A stretch of 64,000 bases of DNA from Takakia lepidozioides (Eukaryota; Plantae; Bryophyta): contig CM060732.1 in NCBI GenBank assembly GCA_030704615.1, positions 46,872,001-46,936,000 on the forward strand, written 5' to 3'. Below, piece by piece: positions 37,803 through 52,300 of the stretch. A program made the translations under genes and the position numbers. The notes below the pieces were generated by a model that worked only from the letters and a program-made list of their open reading frames with translations, was not told the origin of the DNA and ran no database searches. Numbering within the stretch: position 1 is the stretch's first letter; each line of letters begins with the position of its first letter.

Positions 37803-40368
37803 GTTTCATGCTGACTGACTTACAAAATGTTTCAACATGGAAGGATGGTGCAATGGTCATGAGGTGTACATCCTCGCTTGACACTCACTGGTAACCATAG
37901 ATTTGGGTTTGGAAGGTCTGTCAGATTGACTTTTCTGAGCAGTTTCCTCCAGGGAGCACTGATTTTCTAATCTGCCCTCTTGGATCAGTTCTCTGCCTTG
38001 CCATTCCCTGTGTGTACTTGGCCTTGTTTGGGTTCTCCATTCTAGTTGTTGTCCATGATTTATAGCTGGAGCTAGTGGCCATTGGCGAACCTATTTCTGT
38101 ACAGGCTCTCTCTGCTAAATGCCCAAATCAAACCACTTTGTATTGGCTCCTAAAGCCCATCCTCGATGGACAAGGTTCCTTTGTATTTATTTTGATGGAG
38201 AGGAGATCCCTTTACATTGATTTGACAGTTGGAACAGTGTCTGATGTGGACAAGCAACTAGCTTGCGAAGGGTTGTTCATGTTTATACCATAAACCCTTC
38301 TTTGCCCTTCTTCAAATATCATGTTTGCCAATTGTCTGTTTTATATTTGTGATTGTAGAGCTAATGGCTGTGGAGTCTTCCCTTGACAAACATGTGTGAG
38401 CGGGGGTATTGACACTCTTGCATGACAAGATAGAGAGCATATCTTACCCCTTCTTTCCCTTGCTACTGGTATTATGTAGTGCTGGTCCCTTCACTAGTTT
38501 GCTGTTGGAGCTTGATTTTGTTGGTGGGATAGGTGGCCCAGGGGCAGGATCCCATGCAGATCAGCTATCCAATCTTCTCCCTTGCTTTGACTTACCATGG
38601 AGCTTATTGAGGATGATGAGTTATGGTTGGGAGACAAGTGAGAAAAGCCAAAAAAGATCAATGTCTGAGCTGTAATTGTAGTTTTAATGACATGAGCTTG
38701 CATTGACACATGTCCAATTGCCCATCCCTAAAATGGTTTGGCACGTTTTATTTGTCATCTATGGTGAGGGCACAGGGACTAGGGACAATGCCACACCTGG
38801 CCCCATAACGAATCTCATGTCATGTTCCATTCGCAGATGCAACAGATTCTTATATACTTGCTCTGCCATTGGAATTTTTCTGGGTAAGGCCCTAAGCTCA
38901 ATTGTTTCATTGAGGTTACACCAAATGATGCCTCCCTCATAACATGTTCATCCTTGATCAGTTGATCCTTTGTTCGCATTCATTTCATTGGAAATAAGTA
39001 ACATAGTGAAGACTGTAGGAAGCAAAGCTACCAGTAGCATAGAAGGTGGTGGCTCAGAACTGCAGTGATGAGATGTTGTATGCGAGTAGCTTCATGATCA
39101 ATTCAACACATTTGTCCCTTCCCCTCATTGCCTACATGAGCCGTAAAAAGCAAATGCTCTGTACCCAAAGAAGTGATATACAAAGAAATATAACTAGAAA
39201 ACTTGGTATGGCTATTGAGCAGAAGCATCTAGAAGAGGGGAGGATAATCCATAGATTAGTCAAGTTTGCTGATCTTAGAGATTGTGTGAATTGGTTCCTG
39301 CTTACTTGTGCAGTGTGACTTAGGCTCCCTGACCCGGTGACAGAAAAAAATATCAAGCAACCACTCTGCAATAATGTAGTCAGATTCCCTGAATAACATT
39401 ACAGGCAGCTTTGCACTCGGATCGTAACCTCAGTGAGAGTTCCAATGCCACAATCAAGTTGATCTGGTGGCATGCTGAGAGTTCCAGCTTTGTTTATAAT
39501 GTCTACTCCACCAAGAGAGACTCTCACAGAAAAGTCTAGATCATATCGGGGGCAAGCTTTAAATGAGACACAAGTTCCAATCTCAGAGCATAGGTCACGA
39601 AAAAATAATGACTCTCCAGAGGCTGAGACAATGCAGGAGGGCACAACAGGGACAGGCATACAGATCGAGACGTTGAAAGCAATCTTATTAACAGAGGTAA
39701 GTGAGAAATGGATATCCCTGTCAGATTGGAGTTTAATGCTCCTCATGTGGTCGAACAAAGATAATCAGACTCGTAGTAGACATTTGCAAGTCCTTGGAGT
39801 GCAACTATGAGAACCTTCAAGTGGAGGCGCTAGTAGACTACAGGCTCCGATTCGTCTCCATGAACCCAAATCAAGAGTAGTTGGTCGGCGTTGGTGTGTA
39901 TGGGTATATCACCTTGTCACCTTTCCCTAGAATTTCCATATATGGCTAAATGAAAGTGCAATGCACTGAACATAATTACATTCTCAGATTGGGTAGTGAC
40001 AGGCGAGACTCTCTTGCCCAGGCCTCCTCCCACCTACCCAGTACCCTTTCCCCAGGCGATCCTCAGTTTATGGTGAGGGCACATGGACTAACAGTCCCTA
40101 TCCATTTCTTTGAGAAGTCTACCTGTACCTTCCTCCACATTTCAATACCACCTGCAAACCATCGTGTTGTATAAAACTATATTTCAGGGTAGACAACAAG
40201 CATTCGGCTCCATATTAGTCCGGCTGCACTAAAAATACAATCTTGGTGCTTAATTCAAGGAGAATAGGGAAAGAGACTCACGAAAATTCTGCCACAAGAG
40301 GGGGCACTCCATTGTTGAAATTAACCAGCTACGTGTCGAGATAAATCACACTCATTAGGATTTCCCTA

Positions 40369-43300
40369 TCAAGGCAGCCCAACACCCAGTGAATAAAACT
40401 GAGAGTCAGGTGCCGAACTGAGGCGTAGGCATTCTTCAGTGAGAGCAATCGTAAGCATCTCAGTTGTAAAAGTGTCGTCAGACTTCAATCCAAGGGCCTG
40501 CAAGCAAGACACAATTGACAGGGTTACCTTTCACAGATTCTCTTTCACCAAAGCTCCAAAACAGCCAATGTGGCTGTTCGGGGTGAGTTGGCCATTCCGT
40601 CCTTAAGCTCCCGACGAGATGAATTCAAGGTCAGATGGTGGGTCAGCTGCAACATATGCCCACCCAGATATCCTAAGTTAATCGACTCTATATCTTGGAA
40701 ACAGGACCGCCCTGTCAAACAGGCTAAGTCCTGGCAGAAGAGAGTAGAAGAGATCCTCAAGGACCTGGACCTGGATCCGCAAGTCTTGACCCTGCTGGAT
40801 AAATCTGACTTAGAGGCTCCAGTGTCCTCAGCCATGTCTGTTGCCATGAGATTGTCTGATGAAATGAAGTTAGGCAGAAAACTTCCCTGAACTGTTTCCA
40901 GTCTGTGACATGGGGGAGGACATCTTGGATGACCTCAAGGGTCTACCCACTCTCGGCACTAGACTGAAATTTAAACTCAGGCAGGAAGCCTACCTTTTGA
41001 ACAGCAAACAGAAGCAGAGAGGAAAGGGAGAGTGCAATTGCCCGTTGTGTGGGCAATCTGAAGACAGAATTCATTTTCTGATACACTGTCCGGGGTTCTC
41101 TCACCAAAGAGACGCTCTCTTCAAATCTATTAAGGGTATTGTGCCTGTACCCCTGTTTACCAACTTTGAAAGTCTCGAGGCTGAGCCAAAAGCCCAGGCC
41201 CTCCTGAGGCCTAGTTTTTGGGCAATCACACACAGCAGATTGATGCTTGTGTGAAGGGATTTCTAGAGGATATCTGGAAAACCCGGATTAATTCCATATA
41301 TGGAGGTAAGTCTTACTACCAACGTCAGCCCCTGACAGAGGTAGGTTCTGTCCGTTTTGTTCCTGCTCAAACTGGGCGCGGGGTCAATGGCCACAAGGCT
41401 ACGGCAAACAACGTCTTATGAGTACAATCTTTCCACAAAGCTGTTGAGCTCTTCAAGCCAAAGATTTGAAGAATTCAAGGCCACAATTACAATTGCATAT
41501 CACTGAACTATACTGAGCTGGTCAGGTACTGCCCTAGCAACTATTGTTCTGTAAAGCCAAATCCACGCATTGTACGTAGGGTGCCAATCATCAAACCAGG
41601 AAAAACTGTGTCCAGTATGTACCTTATGGTAAAAGTCGATGGCTTTGCTAGTGCTGCCCTGGAAACAGACAACTAACATTTGTCAACAGAGGCTATTTAT
41701 TTGTAGCAAGTCCAGGTGAGAGAAAGCAAGAAAGGAAGAACCTAAGGTACTGGCAACCCCACTGCAGTACCCTTCATTGTCATATCATTTTCAGGTTGAA
41801 CATGAAAGCAAATAAGGCAGAGGATTGTAAACCTCAAGATGGTGAGTGAAGCCAAGGGCAGCATATGTAGAGGCACCCTTAGGATACAGTGCTAATGCCC
41901 TCTCATACATACTTATTGCCTCCCCATATGACCTGCAGTTCCCTCCACCCACCTTTGTTAACTTGCCATGTAACCAGCAGGTATCAAGTTTGTGAAAACT
42001 TCCGGTTTAGGTTATAGCATATTCTCGTGTGGAAGCAGTGAGTGTTATCAATAGGTGATCACCTATATGCATCAATAGGTATATGTATTCAGACTGATAC
42101 CCGGCCAATACTGGTGTAAACCTGTACTCGGTAGATTTAGAAATGTGTTGAGAGGAGACAAGGAAAAGATGAAGGTAGAGAGAGTTTGTCTGCAGGATAC
42201 AAGCCGATTGTGAGGTTTCAGCGGACCAGTTTCATGGACTTGGCCTGAATTTGACCATGCTATAGGAAAGCGAATGGCGATTTATGCTCCTGGAGCTTAT
42301 CAAGCTCATTACACAACTTCAGTTCCAGCCACGTAGCAAGTGTTGCTGTGGACTGCCGGTCGTATATAGAAATGGCAGATAGACTATGACCATTGAAAAT
42401 TTGAGACCACAGGAAAATTTCGAATAAGCAAATCATAAAGACTTACAGAGAATAAACTCATAAGACGTTCATCGTAGCATAGTGGCCGTAAACCCTGTGC
42501 CCAGTTTGGGCGAAACTAACAGAGAATGTACTCATAAGACGTTGTTTGCCGTAGCCTTGTGGCCATTGACCCCTCGCCCAGTTTGAGCGGGAACAAAACG
42601 GACAGAACCTACCTCTGTCAGGGGCTGACGTTGGTAGTAAGACTTACCTCCATATATAGAATTAATCCGGGTTTTCCAGATATCCTCTAGAAATCCCTTC
42701 ACACAAGCATCAATCTGCTGTGTGTGATTTGCCCAAAAACTAGGCCTCAGGAGGGCCTGGGCTTTTGCTCAGCCTTGAGACTTTCAAAGTTGGTAAACAG
42801 GGGTACAGGCACAATACCCTTAATAGATTTGAAGAGAGCGTCTCTTTGGTGAGAGAACCCCGGACAGTGTATCAGAAAATGAATACTGTCTTCAGACTGC
42901 CCACACAACGGGCAATTGCACTCTCCCTTTCCTCTCTGCTTCTGTTTGCTGTTCAAAGGTAGGCTTCCTGTCCCGAGTTTAAATTTCAGTCTAGTGCCGA
43001 GAGTGGGTAGACCCTTGAGGTCATCCAAGATGTCCTCCCCCATGTCACAGACTGGAAACAAGTTCAGGGAAGTTTTCTGCCTAACTTCATTTTCATCAGA
43101 CAATCTCATGGCAACAGACATGGCTGAGGACACTGGAGCCTCTAAGTCAGATTTATCCAGCAGGGTCAAGACTTGCGGATCCAGGTCCAGGTCCTTGAGG
43201 ATCTCTTCTACTCTCTTCTACCAGGACTTAGCCTGTTTGACAGGGCGGTCCTGTTTCCAAGATATAGAGTCGATTAACTTAGGATATCTGGTGTTGGGCA

Positions 43301-46300
43301 TATGTTGCAGCTGACCCCACCATCTGACCTTGAATTCATCTCGTCGGGAGCTTAAGGACGGAATGCCAAACTCACCCCGAACAGCCACATTGGCTGTTTT
43401 GGAGCATGCTGACATACACTCCTTAAGCTCCTTAAGCACCCCCACTTGAATGGATTCTAGAGACTTAGGCTGGTTGGAGTTATCAACCCATATAGCAGAT
43501 CCGTACTCCAAGGCAGGTCTAATAACGCGACAAAGCATGGTTTTCTTAACCTCAGAGTTGACCCCTCTGCAGTGGAAAAATTTAGTGAGCCCCAGAGCTT
43601 TGCCCTTGCCAGTTTGAACAACTTTCCGGATATGTGCATCCCAATTACAATTGGAGGAGAACTCAACGCCCAGGTAAGTGTAGGAAGGGAGGACCGGGAT
43701 CTCTTGGCTACCCCACTGCCACTTAAGATCACTTCCTCCCTCTCCTCTGTCGTTGAATGCTACCACTGCACAGTTGCTGACATTAGCCTCTAGCCCCCAA
43801 AGATCAAAGTATCTCTTCGCGCAATCAATCAACTCCTGGAGATTGGTTGGAGTCTCCCCTATGCCTGCGAAGTCATCCGCAAACATAAGGGCTGGTATGG
43901 TGGTATCACCCACCCTGAACCCAAATCCCTCACTTTCCACATCCTCGAGGAGTTGATTGATGAAAACATTGAAGAGCAGAGGGGAGAGAGTACATCCTTG
44001 AGCTACACCTTGGTCTATGTCAAAGAAGTTGGACTTCTGTCCGTTAACAGTGACACAGCTTTTGGTGTGAGCATACAAGTTGTGGACAACTCTCCACATC
44101 TTTCCCTTGATCCCACAAGACCAGAGGCGGAACCATAGGCCATCTCTCCACACTGTGTCATAAGCCTTTTTGACATCCAGGAAAAAGACATAAGTGGGTT
44201 TCCCTTCTTTTTTCCTCCCCTGGATAATCTGGCTTAGAGTGAAGATATGATCCACACAGCCCCTGTTTCGCCGAAAGCCAGCTTGGCCTTTGTGGAAACA
44301 ACCTCTAGACTCCAGATCAACCTTGAGACGAGTACTTATAACTCTGCAGAATGTCTTGCCAACAGCATTGAGGAGCGTGATGCCACGGTAGTTCCCCGGT
44401 TCTTCTCTGTCACCCTTCTTGTATAGATTGACAATGACCCCCTGTCGCCAGCGAAAGGGGATCATTTCAGTCTTCCAGATAAGGTTGAAGAGGAGAACTA
44501 GGGCCTCTATCATGGGAACCATTTCAGTCTTCCAAATAAGGTTAAAGAGTAGAACTAGGGCCTCTCTCATGGGATCGCCACCGTGCTTGATAAGCTCGTT
44601 GACAATACCATCAGGTCCACCAGCTTTATATCCATTTAAATGTTCAATTGCTTCCACAACCTCAGAAGAACTAATGGGAGCATTATAAACCATTGAAATA
44701 TACTCCAGTTCATCAGGGCTGTTTTGAATCATAGGAACAGTTTTTCCAACTGTGTCCCTCCATTCAGCAGAAGACCCCTCACTGTTAGACCTAGAAGTTC
44801 TGCCGAGGATACTGTAGTGAGTTTCAAAGGTTTTGACAATGTCAACCGATGAAGTCACCACTGCACCTTTAGTAGTCTTCAGCGCTTGTACTTGCTGACC
44901 GTTTTTCGGCTTGTACAAACGTTGAAGGGCCAACCAGAATTTCTTGTCATTACCACCATGGTGGTTTGAGTTTATTTCACTGTATAACTTGTCCCAGTAT
45001 AATTTCTTCTGAGACCTAACAAGCTGATTGATATCTTTACGGAGCTGGTAGTACCTCGCCCACAATTCTCTGTTGGTTTCCAAATTGCAGCACTCTTTAT
45101 AGAGGGCTCGTCTCTCAGCTATCTTGAGTTTAATCTCATTAGTCCACCAATTAACTGCTCTACCGCAGACAATTAGTTTCCTCCCAATGATCTTGTCAGC
45201 CATGGAGGAAACGAAACTCTCCCAAGAGTCCACTGCTCTTTCAACTTCATTTCTTGCGTTAACAGAGCGTGACTGAAGTTCTTGGTGCGATTGGACAAAA
45301 TGAGGGAGAGCCTCTTGCAAGGCCTGGACGTACTCAGCCTTGACCTCCTCATTGTGGAATTTTTCTATGCGCCACTTCCGAATCGAACGTTTCACAGATC
45401 TCTTGGTGGTGGGAAAACACCTTTTGATCTCAGTCCAAACCAGGAAGTGGTCAGAGGTACCAATATCAGTTCTGTCGATCAACACATTGGCACACTGGGG
45501 GAACAAAATTTTGTCCATTATGATATAGTCCACAATGGAACGTTCCCCAGTTTGGGATTTCTCACAAGTCCACTGCACTTGGTCACCTCGTCCTGTTATT
45601 CAAGGTCAAAAGCTGAAGCTCTTCTAGACAGTTAATTAACCGTCTGCCATTAGAATTCAGCTCGTCCTCACCAAAAGGTCCAATGATATCGTCCTGATGG
45701 ATCCCTTTGCCCACCCGGGCATTGAAGTCCCCCAATAGTACCACCTGACCTTTGGCAAGGAACGAAGCACAGTCCAGCTTTACATCTTCGAAGGCCTTGT
45801 CTGCGTCAGCACTAAGCGTCCCCTCTGTGGGCATGTAAACACAACCAACAAAGAGGTCCTTTGTACTCATGCCGCCCTTCAAATTCAGTTTTAGCCAGAT
45901 ACTATGCTCGTACCTCAAACCCTTGTTGATAATTTCACAATTGTCAAACAAGAAATCACGGACAAAGAATCCGACCCCTTTTTGACCGCGTTTGGCAGAG
46001 GCTGCCTTGAGAGTACACATCTTACCTGCCCATTTAAAGAGAGAGCAATGGAGGCCCAAAGTGTCCAAGGGACACAAGCAGAATAACAAAGTGAGACCAC
46101 AGAACACATACAGTAGATCCACAAAAAACAAAGAACAAATGAAAGATCAGGAGTTGCGCGGAAACCAAGAGAGGGAGGGAGGGAGCTGCTGTACTTCAAC
46201 TTGCGTAGACTGTGAGCAAGGTTGACAACAGTTGGTTCCCAGGCAACTGGGAGTGGTGGAGGGACCAGCGAGAGAGCCTTCCGTAGCCAACATACAGCTG

Positions 46301-49300
46301 CTTCATAGCTGCCATTCCCATTGGTAGTACGGTGTTAGCATGATCAGAATCCTCTATTCATTAAGGACTCTAATTTTACTGGGAACTGCCTACCCTAATT
46401 GACTCTCCCCGACCACTGCGCTCTCAATACCCTACATATTTGTTCAGCCTGCACCACTGTTAGCTGCCATACGGGATCTACTACCTGCACGACGAAGTAC
46501 AACTTTGATGCTTCATGAAATGTTTTGACCAAAATAAAATGAAGTCTTAGACTGTACGGAAGGCATTGAGTGGCCTCAAATGACACACCATATCAAGGTT
46601 CTTGTAATTTGAATGTTTTGTACTTGCATGCAATGGCAACGGTTCCCAAGTACGCACTAGATTGGCAACCTATCCAAAACCAACCTGTTGAAAGGAACTC
46701 CTAATTCTTCCATCCCTCTTGTCATCTCTTCCCTACCTTCCCTCGCTCTCAGTAAGAGATGAAGGCTTACTCTTTATTGCGGTATGCCATGACACCCAAT
46801 TCATTGTGTAGAAGTGGATCAGTAGGACAAATGGCTCTTGCCTGCATGAAAAACTGCAGTACGCCATCTAAGATTGTGTTAAATTCAAATCTAACATGAA
46901 ACTCCCCTGCAGAACTTGCACTCACCTTCACTCTCACTCTAAACCTCCCTAAGCCTCAGAAGTCTTTTCTGACCCAGACAACTCTCACAAAAGGTCTTTC
47001 ACTCGAAAGCTGGCACTATGCCTTGAGAAGAGACAACATACACACAGCAAGACAAGAGAATGTCCTCATCATGATTCCCCACAAACATTGACTATGACAC
47101 GACAGGGCAGAATCCCATGGCATCTACCCGTCTGGGCTGGGTGTGGCGATTTAGCCCACCAGGGCATATGAGACCCAGCTCAAAATTACCATGGTGCTCA
47201 CTTGGTAATTCACATCATACTACTAAGCATGAGATCTATTCAAGTACTACTCCAGCCCTACCTTGCAGCTGATGTGCAAAATGTACAGACAAACAGACAG
47301 ACAGGCACACAGAAAGACAAAGGGGGGGACTATAAACAGTAGAGAGACAAATGCAAGCACAAAGAGGTGTGCAGTACTGAGATCAGCTAAAGACGAAGGG
47401 ACATACCTGTTCTGCAAGGTTCAGATTATTGGTGCGTAGATACTCCATCCCAATGCACAGAGCTGGTAGATGGCAGCTGAAATAGGAGATACATGCATGT
47501 GAGATTTTGACTACCGAGGGCACCCAGTGTTCTGTATGGAGGCGTTCTAATGCTGCTTAAGCGAAACAGCTCCAGCAGTGAGAAGGACATCATAATCCCA
47601 AGATGATAAATATTTGGTAGAGAGATTTCTCAGATTAGTTGTATTCATCACGAACTAATGATTGACACACACGAAGGACAGTATAGGGGAAGATCAATGC
47701 GAGAAGGAAATACAAAGGGACGGAGGTGGTAAGGATGAGAAAGCTCTACCCAGCAAAAAGGCGAGCAGCTGTGCGATAAGCAGCCATAGCTTGGTCACTT
47801 TCATCCTGTGCAGCATACGCATTGCCAAACCCCAGCCAGGCTGGTGCAAATGACCCTTCTAATGTCGTTGCCTTACTGCACCCTCCAGAAATTCAACACC
47901 AGGTTAATTGGTGCGCTCAACTGGTCAACTTATGCTCAACAGTATATTCCGTAAGGTGAAATGCATGTCATGTCCAAGTGCACATTCGGTAAAGTTCTCC
48001 ACAAAAATGAAGTCTCTTGGTCATACACCATTGTGGATCCACTCAGGGTTGATTGTGGCTCCTGCCAAGGTCTTCAGGATTTTAGTTTTACTTCAAGTAG
48101 TTGTTCCTACAGGCATATAAGCTTTGTTAATAAGTCAAGCCAGGAAGGTCACAACCATCTACCAAGGTTGAAAAGAACATTGATGCCAATGTAGGGAAGC
48201 CTCTCCAAGGGTTTAAAATTGCATGTTCTTTGCAGGATGAAACACTCAGCTTTGGGATAAGAACACATTGAAATTTCACCAGAAATAGCGACGTGCGTGG
48301 TCATATTGACAGATGCAGTAGTAGTAGCATCCTACAGCAAACCATGAAATAGCTCTGTTCACAGCGTGCCACAACAGAAGTTATAAAGATATGCAAGCTT
48401 AGTTTCAAAAGTACAGATAACACGACATAGTGAGATCACTATCTTACAGCAGTGACAACAAAGCACCAACCTACCCCAGATGCTGTGATGCACGCTATAA
48501 ACGAACCCCCCTCACCTGGGCTGCTGGTGGGGCCTCAACTTTAAACTAACAGATCCCAACATCAGGTGTGTATAGCGGAAACTACTTTCACCACAGACAA
48601 TCTCATGGACTCAAAGAGACAAACTGCTGTGATGTTCCATGAGCCAAAGGTTGGCGTGATCTGATATGATGACTGCAAACTCTATTAACTGACCTGTTTC
48701 GTCCAAACTAGGCCCAGGTCTATGACCACCAGCCTATGGCAAAAGTCTTATGAAACAATTCTATCAACTGCCCATTGTTGTGACTTCACTCCAACAGTGA
48801 TATGGAGTGCACAACTAGACCTTGGTGAGATACAAAGCTTAAATTCATTTACTTGTGTGGGTATTCTTGAACCAGATTGTGAGCCCTCAGAAAGAGCTCA
48901 TTTTTGCGCCCTAGTTCCAAGGCAGCACCAATATGCAAAGGCATGCAATTTAGATGGTAATGATCCTGCTCCAGCAGCCTGGAATCCCATCCCCTTGTTA
49001 GCCACACGTCTATAACACATTGAAACACTGGAATGACTTGATGGAGATGACAAAGGTACACAAAATCACAACAGAAACATACAAGCAATATATTAGCCAT
49101 CCATACAAATTTCCAGCGAACAAGCCAACTTAGCAACGTCGACACTAAAATCGACACAAATAAAATGTATATTTTTACATACACCCTGGTAGTATCATAG
49201 CAGCGCTGAAACTCTCCACGATGGTATAAAAAGTCAGCCCTGCAGGCCACCACATCATTGTTGTCCTTGAGGGAGCAACCTGCCCTCTCATTTTCAGGTT

Positions 49301-52300
49301 GTGATTCATCAGGCTCCTTCTCCAGCTCCAAAAACTTGGATTCGATGAAAGCAAATTGTCCATACTGAACGGCACCCAGGGACAAAATGTGTGTGAGGAT
49401 CCACTTTGAGTAGATAGCACACCAGCAACAGTATGAGAGTGCAATGACCCCATAAAACTTTTAACTGCTCTCTTGCTCTATATTTGTCCAGTTCCTGAAA
49501 GCACATCCCCTCGCAACGCTTCTCCTCCGTGCAGAGGAGAAACCCGAGAAATACAAGGGCATCTAGCACGGTTGGACCACAACCTGGAGATGATCTGCCA
49601 TCTCTTCTCCCAACCCATCCTTCCTCTCTACAATCCCCGCCTCTTCTCAACACTCCTTCCAACTTCTCCAGCTCTCAAACAACCATCTACACTCGGCTTC
49701 CATGCAGAAGACCTGAGGTCCTCATAGAGGTAAAGTGACACTCTCACACACCAGAGGCCAGTCTACAGAGGCCTCAGGCAAAGTCATGGGTCATCAAGAG
49801 CAAGCAGCCTCCAAACAGGAGACCATCTTGTGCCAGTTGAAGAAGCAGGTGGCGAAGGAAATGGCTGGTCAGAGGGTGCAGATGGCAGCACAGGCCCCAA
49901 TCACGACCAGAAGGTGAAAACCCCTGGAAAACATGCACACAAACCCGAAGCCACTTGTAGGCCTGTGTGGGGGACGAAGGTCCCCCAGGTGACCAGGGCC
50001 ACAGGATAGATGCCACGAGCAAAGTCCTCATTATCCTTTCCTCCAAAAGCTAGGTACTAAGGTGCACAGTTCTAATCAACTAGATGACAGACAGACATAA
50101 CCAAATGGTAAGCGCAATAGGTTACCTTTTTGGCCCGGCAAGAATAGAGAAGCGATAGCCAACGATCCTCTGGGTCGAACTTCAGTGACGACAACAAATT
50201 TCCCTCTAGATAACAATGCCACAATGAAAACTTCATCAAGGTCGAATCCACATCACTTCATGAAATTCCAGAAACTAGTCAACAGATTCACAACAGATGA
50301 TGGACTTAGCACAAGTTACTAATGGAACTCTGGTCAATTTACTCAGTACTTGTTACTGTGAAACGAACACATGCTGCTTTGAGTCCATAATTTGAATTAA
50401 GTATCCTATTCTCAAAATAAAATCTTCTTTTACTGCAAAGATAAACAACGCTCTGTTGAAGACATCTCCTTTGTTCCCTCTGTCATATTTGTAAAATGAA
50501 ATATCCAAGAAGAGGCACAGAAGTACTACATCCTCCAGTGTACTTATGAAGCATATTCTACCTGCCAGTGCAAACTGAAGTATGAAGAGAAAGCTAAGAC
50601 TAGCATAGAATGTGCTAATATCAAGCAACAGACAGCTGGGCAGGGTCAATATGTGAACTTCCTACTTCACCAGCAGTTGAGAAATTTGAGAGTGAACAAG
50701 GGATGTAGTTATAATAACACAGCCAACATTTTAGCATGTCTCTGCAGTCAGTGGTTGATAACAAAATTTTCTGACTGATGATTTATTTAAAGAACTGGAA
50801 AGGAGTCTGAAAGGAGCAGCCTTACATGGTCCTACCTTCATCCTGAGTCATCATGTGATTGTCGATTAGATGCTCAAATGCCTGCATTGACATGCCCACA
50901 AAAAGGTTCCAACTCTTTCACTCACCATTGTAAGATTGTATTGGAGAAACAAAGATCGTAAGTCTTGCCCCTACACTCATTACAGTTGCTTGCCATAACC
51001 AGATGGCCAGTGACCCTCCACCTGGTTTGAACAGAGGAGAAAAGGGGGGCGACTGGAGGAGAGCACAACAGAGGACATTACTATTGCAGATGCTCGTTCT
51101 ACTACAAGGTGTGCTATTCACCACAACAATCAGCCCAAAGAAGGCCACAGCTGCATAAAACAAGGTGCAGCAACAATCTATATTCACTTCAACCGAGCCC
51201 TTTAACATAACACGACCATTATGGTACATCAGATAAATCTTCACCTAAATGTAAGCAGATTAAAGGAGCTGAGAGAGATAAGGAAGCAATGCTCAAATGT
51301 AGTATAGACATTGAGTACCTCATAGCAATATGGATCAGCCTTCAACGCCGCCTTGTACCTGATCACAAGGAAGGAACCCAGAGTCATTTATTGCAAAGTC
51401 CAGCTCATAATGTTCTCCTGGGTATCACATGAATTGTCTTAGCTCAAAAATGGACAACCCCACACAGCCAGTGCTGGAAAATCTTCAAGGGTGCACCAAC
51501 AGTACACAATCCACAATCACCAGGAAAACAGTACACTCCAGATAACCTGATTGACACTACGAATCAAACACTCGAATGCTACTCCATACCATCGCAGAGC
51601 GCGGGCTCGGTTGTCTAAGGCTTCAAAGGTGCGCCCTCGCAACAAACATATAGCTGCCCCAATCTGTCAATAAATTCGCATCAAACTTTCTCCCATCTGG
51701 GGTGTGTGTGTATCTCTCTCTCTCTCTCCTCACTTTCTCACTCCGCCCTTCCATCAAGCAGTGCAACCACAACCACATATGTTGCGAGCATGATGTCAAC
51801 TCCAGTCGATACATGAACACTGAATTCCCTGTAAAATAGCCTGTGGTCCACTGTGGGCAACTCCTATGAAAATTTAGGGCTAAGCCCATTTGCGCTATAA
51901 ACTCACAACCTGCTCCTGGAGGGCTAGTATCAGGCAGGTACATTTTGGCAAAATTCAAAAAGCATATCAAATTCTCTCTCTTTCACACACTCACGCAGTG
52001 TAGCATCACATACTGAGGTCACAGATATTAAAGAAGCCAATTTGCATGTAACTCACAAGAAATTAACTCCCTGAAGATAGAACCCACCCTCAGGAGAGGA
52101 CTCTATTCCCCGGGGCAGCCATTCTTTCAGTGGCCATTTATTCGACCTCGCGCAGGTCCTGGCGACAGGGGTTAAGGGAAATGAGGTTGAAAAAACGACG
52201 AATTCCGCCAAAATCTGATCTGGTTCGCCCATCTTTCACCAGAGGGTCGGCAAGAGGGAGCAACGTGTTTCAATCCTAGAGAGGGACGTTAGAACTGAGG

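Noticed and set aside
39399-39810. Overlapping 112-119 aa ORFs between VAP and APC6
   Set aside because: No recognisable motifs or splice structure.
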